A DNA stretch of 64,000 nt, taken from the NCBI RefSeq assembly GCF_001194135.2, contig NC_068983.1, positions 68,552,950-68,616,949 on the forward strand, written 5' to 3'. The notes beneath the pieces are model-generated. The model saw nothing but the letters and a program-made list of their open reading frames with translations, did not search any database and was not told where the DNA came from. The translations under genes were made by a program, and so were the position numbers. This document shows, in pieces, positions 1 to 13,115 of this stretch (the first letter of the stretch is position 1; every line of letters begins with the position of its first letter). The DNA comes from Octopus bimaculoides (lineage: Eukaryota).

Positions 1-250
1 TCAGTTTACTCTTCAAAATCCAAAATCAGTCATCTGAGAGAATATTTTCTTCATTTGGCTTTTTATCAATTCATCTACTTCCAACTTACCCACATGTTTT
101 AATACCTTCCTTGTCTATTCTCTTCATTACCTTTCCTAGAATCAACACACCACATGCTTTCAGCCCAAATTCCATTTCTAATATTTGTGCTAAAGGAATA
201 CACTGTATAAATCTTTGACTTAAGAAGTTATATATATATATATATATATA

Positions 251-379
251 NNNNNNNNNNNNNNNNNNNNNNNNNNNNNNNNNNNNNNNNNNNNNNNNNN
301 NNNNNNNNNNNNNNNNNNNNNNNNNNNNNNNNNNNNNNNNNNNNNNNNNNNNNNNNNNNNNNNNNNNNNNNNNNNNNNN
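251..379. other. Assembly gap (others at 2357-2366, 36942-37043, 39705-39869)
   Basis: N runs. Confidence 1.
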
Positions 380-406
380 AGGGACATATATATATATATA
401 TATATA

Positions 407-545
407 TAGGGTGAGCCAAAAGTAGGTGGACAGTAAAAAAACACAAAAAACATAGTTGCAACATAGTTATAATAAACAATTGCATTAATATAACTGATAC
501 ATAAACCTATTCCAAATACTGTCCACCTACTTTTGGCTCACCCTG
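407..545. mobile_element. Tc1/mariner-type MITE in a (TA)n tract
   Basis: 29-bp TIRs (t/c)AGGGTGAGCCAAAAGTAGGTGGACAGTA at 407-435 and 517-545, flanked by TA. Confidence 0.85.
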
Positions 546-1196
546 TATATATATATATATGCACACAACTGAACCCTTATGACACCTGCCACTATTCAGC
601 ATCTCTCCAAGTGCAGATCTTCCTTGGTACTTCTTACTTTTCTTACTAGCCAGAGCCATTCCATTTATCACCCATCCTTCATCCATTAAGATTATTCTCT
701 CCACCCACACTTTCATTGATCACTACCCCCACCACCACTACCACCGAGTCACCAAGTTATCTTTTCTTTCCCCGTTACCATAATCTCTCACATCTCCTCA
801 GACATTATGCTAGCCTTTCTCTTCCCCACTCACTCCAACAACCTACCTAACATCAAATCATCCCTCTCTTGGCCTTCTCCGGTCTACTGTTTCATCATTA
901 CTATTCATCTGCATTGTCAGTCATCTCCTACTCAACTCCCACTCCCAGTCTCTCTGCCCTACTCATTTCCACTCACTTTGTAACTGTGAAGGTCCAACCC
1001 AATACCTTATCACCATTATTTCAATTGCTTTCCAGCTACACTCTATCACCCTTCTTCTTTTGAGTTGAGGGTTTAGGGATCAGGGTTAGGATTTGGGTTT
1101 AGGGTTAAATGGAAAAATAGGATTCAAAACATTCCATTTGTGAATATCTTTTTTTATCTGATATTCTGCCTTGTGTTTGACTAGAAATTTTTGGAC

Positions 1197-1420
1197 TGGG
1201 ATATGTGTTGTGTTCAGCTGTAGAAATGAGTTGTGACATCATTGATGCCAAGCTGTATCAACTTTTGCCTTTCCCATGGATAACATCGTTGGTGTGGAGA
1301 GGGGAGGCTAGTATACATGGGCGACTGCTGGTCTTCCATAAACAACTTTGCCCAGACTTGTGCCTTGGAGGGGAACTTTCTAGGTGCAATCTCATGGTCA
1401 TTCATGACTGAAAGGGGTCT
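1197..1420 (+). mobile_element. 5'-truncated SINE, same family as 24986-25320
   Basis: Collinear similarity (cagctgtagaaatgagttg...ggagaggggaggct...atggtcattcatgac). Confidence 0.75.
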
Positions 1421-1659
1421 TTATATATATATACAATGATATGTAATTGTCAGATCCAAGGACCTACGTGTAGGAAATTAGTAAGCTTTGAGCAGTCCAT
1501 AGTAGGTATAAAAAAACAACTTTCAGGAATAATAATAGTTTATTGGCATAGAAGGTTGTAGGTCTTTTTGCATATTGAAGTTCAATATGCTGAAAAATGT
1601 TTCTTTATAGTTCACAGTTAGTATCTAGGGTTGCTATGAATGCAAATAAATATCCAAAT

Positions 1660-1791
1660 TGAGGGAATGGAGCAGGTACAATCCAGGCTACATATGTTTC
1701 CTAGCTAGTAGAACCTCAGTAATTATTACGTCCAAGGTTCTGCTAGCTAGTAAACATATGTAACCTGAATTTTACTTGCTCCATTTCCTCA
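1660..1791. repeat. Fold-back (MITE-like) palindrome, ~57-bp imperfect arms, 18-nt loop
   Basis: 1660-1716 is the approximate reverse complement of 1735-1791. Confidence 0.75.
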
Positions 1792-1795
1792 CTTT

Positions 1796-1796
<1 letters not shown>

Positions 1797-1860
<64 letters not shown>
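1797..1860. repeat. (CA)n microsatellite
   Basis: Pure CA run. Confidence 0.95.
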
Positions 1861-1863
<3 letters not shown>

Positions 1864-2114
1864 GCTTACACTAGTAGCAATGTTTAACTTTTTCTCAACA
1901 TCGGAGTTGCCTCCCTTCGAAAATAATTTTGTCAATTATGCAAAAGATTACGGATGTAATTTTAACATTGATTGAATTTTTTTTTACTCACTGCCTTTGG
2001 TATTTAACGCCCATTTAAATATAAATGCTTCCCATTAAGAGCTACTCTCAAAATATTTCCTATGCCATTAATTTATTCTGTCTAACCAATGAATGTTTTA
2101 TGCTTACAACTTAT

Positions 2115-2613
2115 ATTCTTTTCTACTCTTGGCACAAGGCCCGAAATTTTGGGGCCAGTCGATTAGATCGACTTCAGTGCGCAACTGGTACTTAATTTAT
2201 CGACCGCGAAAGGATGAAAGGCAAAGTCGACCTTGGCGGAATTTAAACTCAGAAGGTAAAGACAGACGAAATACCGCTAAGCATTTCGCCCGGCGTGCAA
2301 ACGTTTCTTATTTCTTTATTGTCCGCAAGGGGCTAAACATAGAGGGGACAGACAAANNNNNNNNNNTTCGCCCGGCGTGCAAACGTTTCTTATTTCTTTA
2401 TTGTCCGCAAGGGGCTAAACATAGAGGGGACAGACAAAGGGATTAAGTCGATTACATCGATCCCAGTGCGTAACTGGTACTTTATTTATCGACCCTGAAA
2501 GGATGAAAGGCAAAGTCGACCTCGGCAGAATTTGAACTCAGAACGCATCAGCAGACGAAATACCGCTAGGCATTTCGCCTGGCGTGCTAACGTTTCTGCC
2601 AGCTCACCACCTT
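2115..2613 (-). mobile_element. Two adjacent tRNA-derived SINE copies (CORE-like central domain)
   Basis: Minus strand reads aaggtggtgagctggcagaaacgttagc (A-box-like)...gagttcaaattc (B-box)...gtcgactttgcctttcatcctttc; the same family recurs at 8680-8995, 34110-34520 and 50835-50990. Confidence 0.75.
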
Positions 2614-2639
2614 TTTATGCTTACAATCACATCCATCGT

Positions 2640-4770
2640 AAGGTCCGGCAAGCATGAGTAAGAGCATGCTTTGCTGAAAAATGTCGTCACTGTAGTTACT
2701 AATGATCCAACTCACTCTATGAGTGTGATACTACATATCCATACTTTGCTGGATATGTAAGATGAATGTGAATGAGAGAAGGAGTACAAATGAGCTGCGG
2801 CAATAACTGAGTGTAAGGGGAATCAAATATGTAGTAACGCCGTGTGCATGCGTAGTCTCACGCATGCGTGGAATTCAACATCCAAGCGTTCCCGCTTTAT
2901 TCTCTCTCTTTCTCGGCCGGCCGACCATGAGCTCAGACGTACAAGCAGCCTGTCTCCATCATTCAACTCTGGGGACAGCTCACATCAACATTCCAACGTC
3001 ACATCAACCATGCTCTTTCACAGAAGGCGTCTCAGCAACCAGACAATTTAAGGCTGCCTATTTACCACCATAAATAAATATTGTTGTGTTGATTAGTTTG
3101 GAGTTCTGCGTTCCGTTTATATTCTAATTTAATATAGGAAAGCAGGTGTACATCTAATGATGTATAACCCAATTTCCTACAAACTGGTGACCCCGGCGTG
3201 ATTCAGACACGCAGCCCGCTGAGCTACAATAACAACTATTTCTATATAACTGATAACCAACATTCCTATAACTGGTGACCCCGAGTACGAACAACTACAG
3301 CCACGAAATCTGAACTAACCAGCATCATCATCGCCATGAGCAACACGAGTCTACGACCACATACCGCCGTCGCATCAACAACCACTACCAACTACGAGCA
3401 TCGCCCCCCGACGTCGCCAACAGCTTCAACATGACATCATTACCACCGTCAATACCATTACCACCACACATACAGAACACAGCTATATTACAGTTCCTGC
3501 GCCGACGTCTTCACCACCAATGTAGTCTACCACAATGTCGTGAGCCAACAACCCCACCACCAAGTACACAAGCAACCAATATCAGCACACTCGGTTTTAT
3601 CTTCACTGTATGAGTGGAATATCCACTCACGGACAACAGTCAGAACTAACCAACTAGAATATTCAGTACCAGGTAACAGGTCTCAACCAGCATCCGACGC
3701 TCAACTACAGCTCTGCTCACTGACCACGACTTCCTGCGTATTAGTATTCTAAATCTCCTTGTGTAACTTTTATAGGATATTCCGTACCAGGTAACACAAG
3801 TCCTAGCATCCGACGCTCAATTACAGCTCTGCTCACGGACCACAACTTCCTGCGTATGGACATACTATAATCTTGAATCTTGTGTAACTCTTATACGAAC
3901 TGGATTTTTTCTCTACAGACACTTTTAATATGTTCTGTGTTTTTCTCACACACACACTTGTGCACTCATATATTTTCTTTCCTTTCAGAAACATTGCATG
4001 CATGTATCTCACAAGTGTACATTCATTTCTTTGATTTTTCTTTGTGTGTGTTTGTGCCACATCTTGTGGTTGGTTTTCAGTGGCCATCCTGCCTCAGGCG
4101 TTCCTCCAAAAATTATATTATCGTGCGTTCCACACTGGCAAGGGGAGCCCTGTAGTAACGCTGTGTGCATGCGTAGTCTCACGCATGCGTGGAATTCAAC
4201 ATCCAAGCGTTCCCGCTTTATTCTCTCTCTTTCTCGGCCGGCTATGAGCTCAGACGTACAAGCAGCCTGTCTCCATCATTCAACTCTGGGGACAGCTCAC
4301 ATCAACATTCCAACGTCACATCAACCATGCTCTCTCACAGAAGGCGTCTCAGCAACCAAACAATTTAAGGCTGCCTATTTACCACCATAAATAAATATTG
4401 TTGTGTTGATTAGTTTGGAATTCTACGTTCCGTTAATTCCTAATTTAATATAGGAAAGCAGGTGTACATCTGATGATGTATAACCCACTTTCCTATAAAT
4501 ATAATGAGTATGGAAGAAGAAGACTGCGTTGGTATGGAGATGTGATAAGTAGGGAGGGTGATAGTCGGCTGAAAAAATGTCAAGAGATCCAAAAGAAATA
4601 GAATCTGCAGAAGTAGAAAAGTGAAAAAGATATGGAAAAAGCAGTGAATTGATGTTGAATTTTATGAAGGAGATGACAAGGGACTGTAATAATGTCAAGA
4701 TGCTCTGTTAGAAAATATTCATCCAAACCATGCAAGCATAGAAAAGGAAATGTAAAATGATGATGTATGT
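2640..4770 (+). mobile_element. Decayed RTE LINE 3' fragment split by the Gypsy insertion
   Basis: The left flank reads ..ILCWICKMNVNERRSTNELR..SVRGIK. After the insert it continues ..RRLRWYGDV.., the RTE C-terminal motif, and ends in an ATG-repeat tail near 4757-4766. Confidence 0.65.
2830..4497 (+). mobile_element. Complete non-autonomous Ty3/Gypsy LTR element (CsRn1-like), 1668 bp, no pol
   Basis: 5' LTR 2830-3181 (TG..CA) and 3' LTR 4151-4497 (TG..TA), about a dozen differences by eye. PBS TGGTGACCCCGGCGTGATT at 3185-3203 is complementary to the tRNA-Trp 3' end. PPT GGCAAGGGGAG precedes the 3' LTR. 4-bp TSD AATA at 2826-2829 and 4498-4501. Confidence 0.92.
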
Positions 4771-5983
4771 TTGTTTATATTTATGAATTAACATGTGTAT
4801 GCAAGTAAAAATGTTTGCGATGACATGAGACTTAACAACGATGACTATTGCTAGAGGTAGTTCATATTCTGCGTTATTCTAATTTGTAACTCCTACGAGG
4901 AATATATCTTTTGATATGTGCACTCTGGAAAAATGGTAAACCTTTAAAAAAATGCCTTGTTCTTTACAGAAAATAAATCTTTCACACGGTCTTGAAATAC
5001 TGAGTTCTTATTTTTTAATAGGGTATTAATTCAATCGAATGTGAATAAATCGTGAGCACGAGTGTTTATCCAGTCGGGAAGAATACAAAACAAATACAAA
5101 TCCCTTGAGAAGTTTTGCTGGTAATCGAAGGGAAATGACTCGTGATGTCAAACACTTTGGTGTGTTTTACTGATTATGTGCACATTATTGTTTAATATCT
5201 AAATATTCCTGCATGTATTTTAGACATTTCTTCCACACTACACGAAGTAAACAAACACACATACACCATATGAAGGGAAACAACTCTGATGCACTTATTA
5301 GAGGTTATAACATTACTTCTATCTTAATGACATAAAGAACGAACATCTTTAACAGTATGATTAAAAGTTATATTTATTTCTATGTTTTCTGTATATATAG
5401 AAAATTTAACTGAAAAATAACGATATATTATATTACGGTGGCTTCTATCATGCTTTAATTGTTTGACTTTTCCATTTTGTCACATTGGTTCTAATACGAT
5501 GAAAGGCAGCTGCAGGTACTGGTTTACAAAATTGAGTTATTGATCAGTAGTTCTGTCTATATAACCATTAATTTGTAAATGTTGCTTTGACTTTCTCATA
5601 TCACAGAGGAATATATTTTCCAGTCGCTGAGATTAATCTGGTGTCACTTCTTTCTAACAATTCATCTAACATGATGATAGTGTTTTGTATATACAGATTT
5701 AATAATCTTAATAATAATTTTGTCACTAACTTAATTCTGTTGGCAAATCAAATATTGCCGTATTAGCTCTCTATACATTGTCTAATTCAAAACACATTCA
5801 TGTTTCATCAACTTCACATGTGCAAAACCATATTAAGAAAATAGCGATCTGTATTTTATAGACGTGTTTATAAGACAAACTGTCTGAAAATGAATAACGC
5901 AGTTTAGAAGGCTTTCAACCTACATACACTTTTAAATTTGTATGTAGATCGCTAATTTTGAACTAATATTTCATCACAAATAA

Positions 5984-8168
5984 CACTGGTCGACAACCAA
6001 AATGCTTCTGAGACCAGAGTAGCAATTTCCAACTAATTTTAGGTTGCTAGGTCGCTGATAATGGATATCAGAGTTAAAACTTTGTTAGTTCTATTTTCCA
6101 AGATATATGTTCGTGTCACAACAGGTTCCAACAGGCTTGCGGCAGTATGTTTCTTACCGCACTTACAGTCCCACTGCCCTTCAGTATTGTTCCAGCAGTC
6201 ATAGAAGGTGGTTGTGCTGTGCAAGTTTATATACTGAGGTGGAAGGTAAGTGATTTTCCTAGTCAAACACATTTTAAACTCATAATAAATATTCACTGAG
6301 CAAGCTGTTGATATGCATGGGGAACATTTTATATTAATTTTATTTTTCTACTGAATGATATAAACACTTCTGCTAATGATAATTTTATGATAAATTTATG
6401 GACGAATTTTTTGTTTATTTGCTGACTGTTTGTTGTTTCCTTCTTTAAAATGCCTTGCACTTGTGTGAATAAGGCAGACATCTACTACATTTTTGGTGAG
6501 GTGACATTTGCATCGCAGAAGCGCTATATAATTGCTATGGTTAGAAAGGTATATCGCCTATATTTTAGATGCAAGATTGGCGACCAGGATAAGAAGTGGG
6601 TTCCTTACATATGTTGCAACACTTGTGCTACTAGCCTTCGCCAATGGTTGAACAGGAAGAGGAAAGGAATGTCTTTTGTTGTGCCAATGACGTGTCGGGA
6701 ACCAACAGACCATACCAACAATTGTTATTTCTGCATGGTACTTCCAGTAAAAAAAGGGCTTGTGAAAGAAGAAAAAAGAGTCCATTGAATATGCAAACAT
6801 TCTATTAGCTATTCGCCTATTTCCACATGGAGAAAATCTATCTGTTCCTGATGCACCAACTTCGATATTCTTTGAGTCAGATGAAGAAAGTGGTGAGGCG
6901 GAAGCAGAGAAAGATGACAGTGCTGGATTACAGAGTGATCCAAATTTTGATGAAACACATTCCTCTAGACCACATCTCATAACACAAGAGAAACTCCATG
7001 ACCTTGTCAAGGATCTACAACTACTTGAGAATAAGGCTGGGTTGCTGGGCTGCTAGGCTCTCGTCTTCAACAGTGGAATCTCCTAATAGCTGATGTGAAG
7101 ATTTCAAAATTTCATGACAGTCAACAGCAGTTCAGCAATTTCTTCATAATGGAAGAACAGTATTAATGGTCTAATGGAAGCACTTGGTATTGAATACGAA
7201 CCCAGTCACGGAAGGCTGTTCATAGATTCATGAAAAACTTGTCTGAAAGGTGTCTTGTTGCATTAGTGAAAGAAACTTATGAGAATATAAAGCTTATGCT
7301 GCAATACATAAAATATAGTGAACATTGATGGCAGCTCTGTGATGACTTAAAGGTTGTTGCTTTTGTGATGCGCTTCCCGGGCGGATACACCAAGTACTGC
7401 TGCTTTTTATATGAATGAGACAGCTATGCAAAAGGTTCCAACTGTATCAGAAGAGACTGGCCACCTCATCAGTGATTGAAGCCTGGGATGAAAAATGTTC
7501 AACATCCACCTCTCACTGAACCAAACAAAATTTTGCTACCACCAATATACATAAAATTGGAGCTCGTGAAAAACTTTGTAAAAGCTATGGACAAATCCGG
7601 TCAAGGATTCAAGTATTTAAGATCAAAATTCACCCCACTGACCGACGCTAAGATAAAAGAGGGTGTCTTCATTGGTCTTCAGATTCGAGAATCTTCTTAA
7701 AGAATTGGTGGAAAACCTCATCAAGACTTACAAGAACATGGGATGTAACATGTCACGTTAAATCCACGTTTTGGACTCACATTTAGACTTTTTTTTCCAG
7801 TGAAGTGTGGAGAAGTTAGTGACGAACATGGTCAAGGGTTTCACCAAGATATTTCAACCATGGACAAGCGGTACCAGGGCAAATGGAGCAAAACGATGCT
7901 TGCTGGACATAGGCAAGAGATTATTCTTCAGCCCTCTATAAGCATCAAGCAAAAAGGCAGAGTAGATACGGACTAGAGCTTTAAACATAATGACACATAT
8001 TGTACGTTATAATAAAAGAAAATCGAATATTACATGTCGTGTATCTTTAAGCCTATAGCTAATAAGCATTTTTCAAGGAAATATTTGGATTCAGGACATG
8101 AAAATACATTTGAATTAATTAATCTCATTGAAGAAGCACACAACTTTTCAAAAGTTATTGACCAAATG
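5984..8168 (+). mobile_element. Decayed Chapaev3-type (CMC superfamily) DNA transposon
   Basis: Left end CACTGGTCGACAAC; degenerate right end GTTATTGACCAAATG. Transposase pieces: Cys-rich N-terminus CCNTC..REPTDHTNNCYFC, KILLPPIYIKLELVKNFVKAMD, and HVLDSHLDFF/VSDEHGQGFHQDI. Family assignment is from recalled motifs. Confidence 0.75.
6450..7970 (+). pseudogene. Chapaev-type transposase pseudogene
   Basis: Recognisable segments in ORFs 6450-6788 and 7476-7700 and in the intervening frames, with multiple stops and frameshifts. Confidence 0.8.
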
Positions 8169-9049
8169 AAGTGAGAAAATATTATTAAAATGAAAGTTGT
8201 TTCCCTTTAAGTGAGAAGCAAAATTGAATTCCCTCGATGAAAATTGTTTTAAGAATCGTTATTCCACTTTTAATTTGGAATTGTGCCAACCATCGCCCAT
8301 CATATATAACAAGACAACACAGTTTCGATTCTTTGTTGTAGTCAGTTATTTTCACTTATGTTGCTGTCGCCCTTCAGGAAGGTATAAGCGTCAACTGATC
8401 TCATTTGCTTGTTCTCTAGAAGCCTGAAATCTTGAAACTATAATTTTAAACAAAATTATAGAATCAATTTCTAACTCTGGTACCGAAGTAAATGTTATAT
8501 ATAAAAGAGGAATGGAACTTTGTGACGCTAACATATTTCTCAACAACATTAGCGGCACAAATGAAGTGAAATGTCATTTGGGTTTAAACGAAACCAATTG
8601 TATAAACAACTGCTTTCGTTTCTTTCGCTTATGTACGAACTAAGACTTTTGAAGAAAAATCATTTTTAGGGATAGTCGATTGACCCCAACGGTTGATTGA
8701 CTAGATTAGAACTTTATTTTGCCGGAATGATAAAAGTAAAATCGATTCAGATTTAACCCCATAACTCAAAGAGCAAGGACTAAATGCTCTAGGCATTCTG
8801 CCCGACACTCTACTGATTTTGTAAATCTACCACCAATAAGAGAACCAATAACGGTTTCTGATTTAGACATAATGCCAGCAGTTTTGATGGGTAGGTATTA
8901 GTCGATACCATCGACCCCAGTACTAGACTGATACTTCACTTTATCGACCTGAAAAGACGAAAGACAAAGTTGGCCTCGGCGGTATTTGAACTCGGAGAAG
9001 ATAAGCCAATAATGATTGCATGATACTCGTATCTTCTCGCGGACATGAA

Positions 9050-10620
9050 TGACATAAGTTAAATGAAATGCCTGTATCCGGAACTCTGGTAAAATGTCGG
9101 AATATATGCTCTACTGTAATTTCATTGTTATGGTTGCTGCATGGCCTCAGGTCAGTTGTGATCGAAAGATTTAAAGCCCGAAGGTCGTCAACCAAACAAC
9201 TGGGTACGACCCAGACACACCTATCTCTATGCTATATGTCTGTCTGGTTGAGGGTCATATTGTAAATTGTGTCATGTATGTTGTTTGTGGTAATGAACAC
9301 CACCGAAGTTAGCAAATGTGGTTGTAGATGTTCTGAATGTGATCGTAAATATTCCGCTGCACTTATCTAATGCTGCTACTAATTTTGCGTGTATGTCATT
9401 TTTATGTTAGACTGGACTGATTGGGAGAATAGAGTTGTTAGGGTGCAGTTGTAATGATAGAGTTTAAGAGGCGAAGCTTGCTGCCCCTTGCATATCAGTG
9501 AGGTCTCCTTTTCAGTATTTTTATTTCATTGTGCAAATGACTTACATGTACGGTCTGAGCAGATTTGGAAGTGTTCGCTTTTGTATTTTATGTAGTTCAT
9601 GTGTTGTGAAGAGATTGGTGGGATTAACAGAATTGGCATAACCCATCATAAATCAAATGTATTGTCTATACACTAATGTTGTATCGTTGTTTTCGGTCAA
9701 ATGTGCTGCATGTGAGTGCTCTAAGTGTGCTTGTGCACCATTTTGTAAGTATGAATTTTGCTGAAGGTTTGTATGTAAATCCTAATATTTCTTTGTCTTC
9801 TGTGTAGCTGAGTGTAATGGTTTGTTGTAAATTTTTAAAAAAATTTTGTGATGCTGCTAAAGACTTTTTAAAGCCAGACTACTGAATGGTTGATGAAAGG
9901 TTGTAGAAGTTGTGCAGCTGCGTTTGTGGAGTATTTAGATGTAATTATGATATCATCTGTTTATGATGTTGAGTGTATGTTTGTAGAAGTGTCTGTACAA
10001 GTTAAACTGAATAAGTAAGAAGGCGGATCCTTGTGGTATTCTATTGGGGAAAATGCAAATACTAGATGTGTTGGGACCTGAAAGATATACTTCTTGCCAA
10101 CGTCATGTATTGTTCTCCAAGAAAGTATTTTGTACACTGCGTAGAAGTAGATAGTGAGAAATGTAGTCAAGTTTTGCTGTCGACGACAGTTAAAATAGTT
10201 TGTGTGCGTGAGAATTTTGTGAGTAGTGTTACGTTAGACTTCCATGTCCTCTTATGGTACACAAACTACTTTTTTAATCAATTCATACCATCGCTAGTTT
10301 ACTCGGAGTTACGTTTTGCATTTTGATGAAAGACACGTTGAATTAAACTTGAAAATGAAAGTTATATCAAGCAAGATTTGTCGTTCTTTGGATATTTATC
10401 TCACATTTTGCTTGATCTTCTGGATAAACCCAAATAATGTGACCAAAAGATTTGTACCCCTCCATTTCAAACAGCAAGGGATATCCATTATGCTTGAAAA
10501 TCGTGGCTCTTGAGGAGAGTTCAATGCAAGCAATAACACAGAAAGAGACAGCAGAGGGATATTCAATGCGGTCCGGCCCCTTTAGAGTGTAGAGAGTTAA
10601 AGGACAGAACATTTGCATGC
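9050..10620 (-). mobile_element. Heavily decayed non-LTR retrotransposon (LINE) RT region, I/Jockey-group-like
   Basis: Minus-strand translation gives IPQGSAFLLIQFNLY (RT motif), S*TDDIII (degenerate YADD), then LVYRQYI.. and HNEIKIL.. (C-terminal LINE motifs). Confidence 0.65.
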
Positions 10621-11274
10621 GTGATTGGCTGCTTCTCTGAAAAACCTGTTATTCAGTACTCCCTATAGTTTCACACGTACACAAAATTCTCACGCACATA
10701 TAAACCTTACTTAGACAAAATATCTTATTTTCTCTTGTTAAAGTACTGTAGTAGACTGACCGTAAATAAGTGATTATCAACAAGAACGATACACATATAA
10801 TCATCGTATGAAAAGATGAGCATTTAATGAAGTTATAAAACTCTCCAACAGAGCAAGAAACTTCTTGCAAACGTAAGAGTTATTCAGCAGCCATCGAGAG
10901 AACAGTTCAAAAAATAAGTTAGGTTTGAACGAGGTTAGGACCCCAGCTCTTTATGTCAAAGCCAAATCAAAAGGAACAAGATATTAGGAATTAGCTTGTA
11001 CTATGGGTTTTTGTTTTCATTAGAACCAACATCAATCTTCAGAAATACCGGCGACGAGTCCGTTGACACTGGAATCAGCGTCCTAAATAATCAAATTCAA
11101 ATTACTTGTCTTATTTGCTTATTGAATGCATTATTTTCTATCCTGATTGTTATTTACTAGCGTTTAAATCTTCCTTCTTTCTCCATTCTAACAATGTAAC
11201 ACTACAAACAAACCGGAATTAAAGTTGAATTCCATATTTGGAACGCGGCGATTCGTATCACTCATATGGTCGGT

Positions 11275-11278
<4 letters not shown>

Positions 11279-11321
<43 letters not shown>

Positions 11322-11480
11322 TCTCCGTTTTTTCTCTCTCTCTCTCTTCCCTTCTCCGTCTTCTCTCTCTCTCTCTCTCATGTATATGTATACATATACG
11401 TATACACATGTGTGCATGTATGTGTGTGTATGTATGTATATCAACATACATAGTGTTTGTGTGTGTGTGTATATATATGT
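11279..11480. repeat. (CT)n followed by (GT/AT)n compound microsatellite
   Basis: Seen directly; explains several low-complexity ORFs. Confidence 0.95.
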
Positions 11481-13039
11481 ATGTATACGAGTCGTTTCCT
11501 TGGATGGGCAGGTAATGTTTTCAGCTGTCAGCTGTCTCTAAGAACATCCATAATATAACATGGCTAAAACAAAATAAAAATTAATACTTTAATAGCTATT
11601 TGATGGAAAATAATGAATGAACCAGACATACACCCACCACCTCTACATCACACCACACGTATATATAAACAGTATTTGTTAAATGTTTAGATAGATGTTA
11701 AATTTACACAGCCCTCTTGTGATTTGATCTAATTCAGAGAGAACCATTGCTCTGTGCCCATTGTCAACCTAGCAAACCTAGCTCTCTCTCGGTATTGCCA
11801 TATAAATTGTTCACTTCTTTCATAGCAGTGACAATCGTGTGTGATTGACCAGGACTCTAGATGTAGGCTGTTGTTTATCCCCCGTTTAGCTCTGACTGTG
11901 TATCCTTCGATCAAATTTATGCCAGTCATGACCATTCCATATTTTTTTTATATATCAGGGACATTGTCCAATGTATTCTTTATTTCAGACGGTAGAGTGT
12001 GTGTGTGATTTGAGAGAGAGATTTGGGGGGTTTTTTTGTGGCAGCAGGTCGATTTGGGAGAGAGATTTAGCTTCTATTTCTAGCAGATGAAACGACTGGG
12101 TAGAAGTTCAGTAGGTTTTCTGAGACGATAGAAGTACTTAACTATAGGGATTTTTTAAAATTCTAGTTCAACTAAAAAACGATGGTGTGCTACCGTTGAA
12201 GCATCCTAAAGACTAACCGATTAATTTGTTAAAAGATCACTCAACAAAACCAGACTGGTTTAAACAAGGTAAAACACGTTGACTAATATGCTCCTAGATA
12301 CTTCTAAAAGGTGAGAGTCAGAGTTCGAATGCCTTTACTCATAGGTCACTTGAATCCGAGATTCAACAACCTCTGTTGTAAAGAAACACTGTCTATTCTA
12401 TCACAACTATAATGACATCTGTGACAGCTATTTGTATACCGCTCTCATCTGACACCCCATTCTTGTTCCCCTCGTCGTTTTCAGACTCCACACTAAACCA
12501 CTTCATCGACTCCTTGAAATTTCTTTATCCACGCTTTTCCTGCAGCCAACGAAACATTGCCTTGTGTTGTCACAGAGATTTGATCACATTGATATTGGAG
12601 GGCTTACGTGGGTCAGACAGAGGCAAAGCCGGCAGAGGTAAAGAATACGCACACCATCCGTTTTCAGTGTAACCCTAACCCTAAACTCCGAATACGGGTG
12701 GTGTGTGTATTCTTTACCAAAGAATACCGCAAAGCCTATCCTCAGATTTGTCATTAAGAAAGAAGAGAAAAAATATACACAGGTATTAAATGCTTTTTCA
12801 TTTGTTTTTAAGATCAAGGAAATTTTCGTGGTGGAAAGAAGTTCTGTTGATTAAATCGATTCTTTTATATACCTTTTAATAATGTAAGACCTGAATTGTT
12901 ATGGGGGAGGGGATAGTTGATTACATTAACTTAATGTAATTAACTGGTAATGTTGCAAATATCGGAGACATGAAAATGGAAATGAATTACAGCGGGAAAG
13001 GAAAAGAGACTTTTAATGACAAAAGATTAAATAAACGAA

Positions 13040-13115
13040 CGCTATGGCAGCGTCGAGCAACATTAACAGGAAGTTAGCAACGAACGAGACAGGTAACCTC
13101 GTTTACTTCCTGTCA
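13040..13115. promoter_or_regulatory. Putative promoter / 5' region with oppositely oriented ETS-type sites
   Basis: CAGGAAGT at 13067-13074 and ACTTCCTG at 13105-13112, in CpG-containing non-repeat DNA about 200-250 nt upstream of the ATG. Confidence 0.4.

Noticed and set aside
1068-1108. TTAGGG-like repeats (also TAACCCTAACCC near 12670)
   Set aside because: Only a few degenerate units, common inside non-autonomous elements; not a telomere or a fusion site.
2285-2438. 72-bp direct duplication on both sides of a 10-N gap
   Set aside because: Exact overlap across a minimal gap is the usual sign of unmerged contig ends, so this is probably an assembly artefact.
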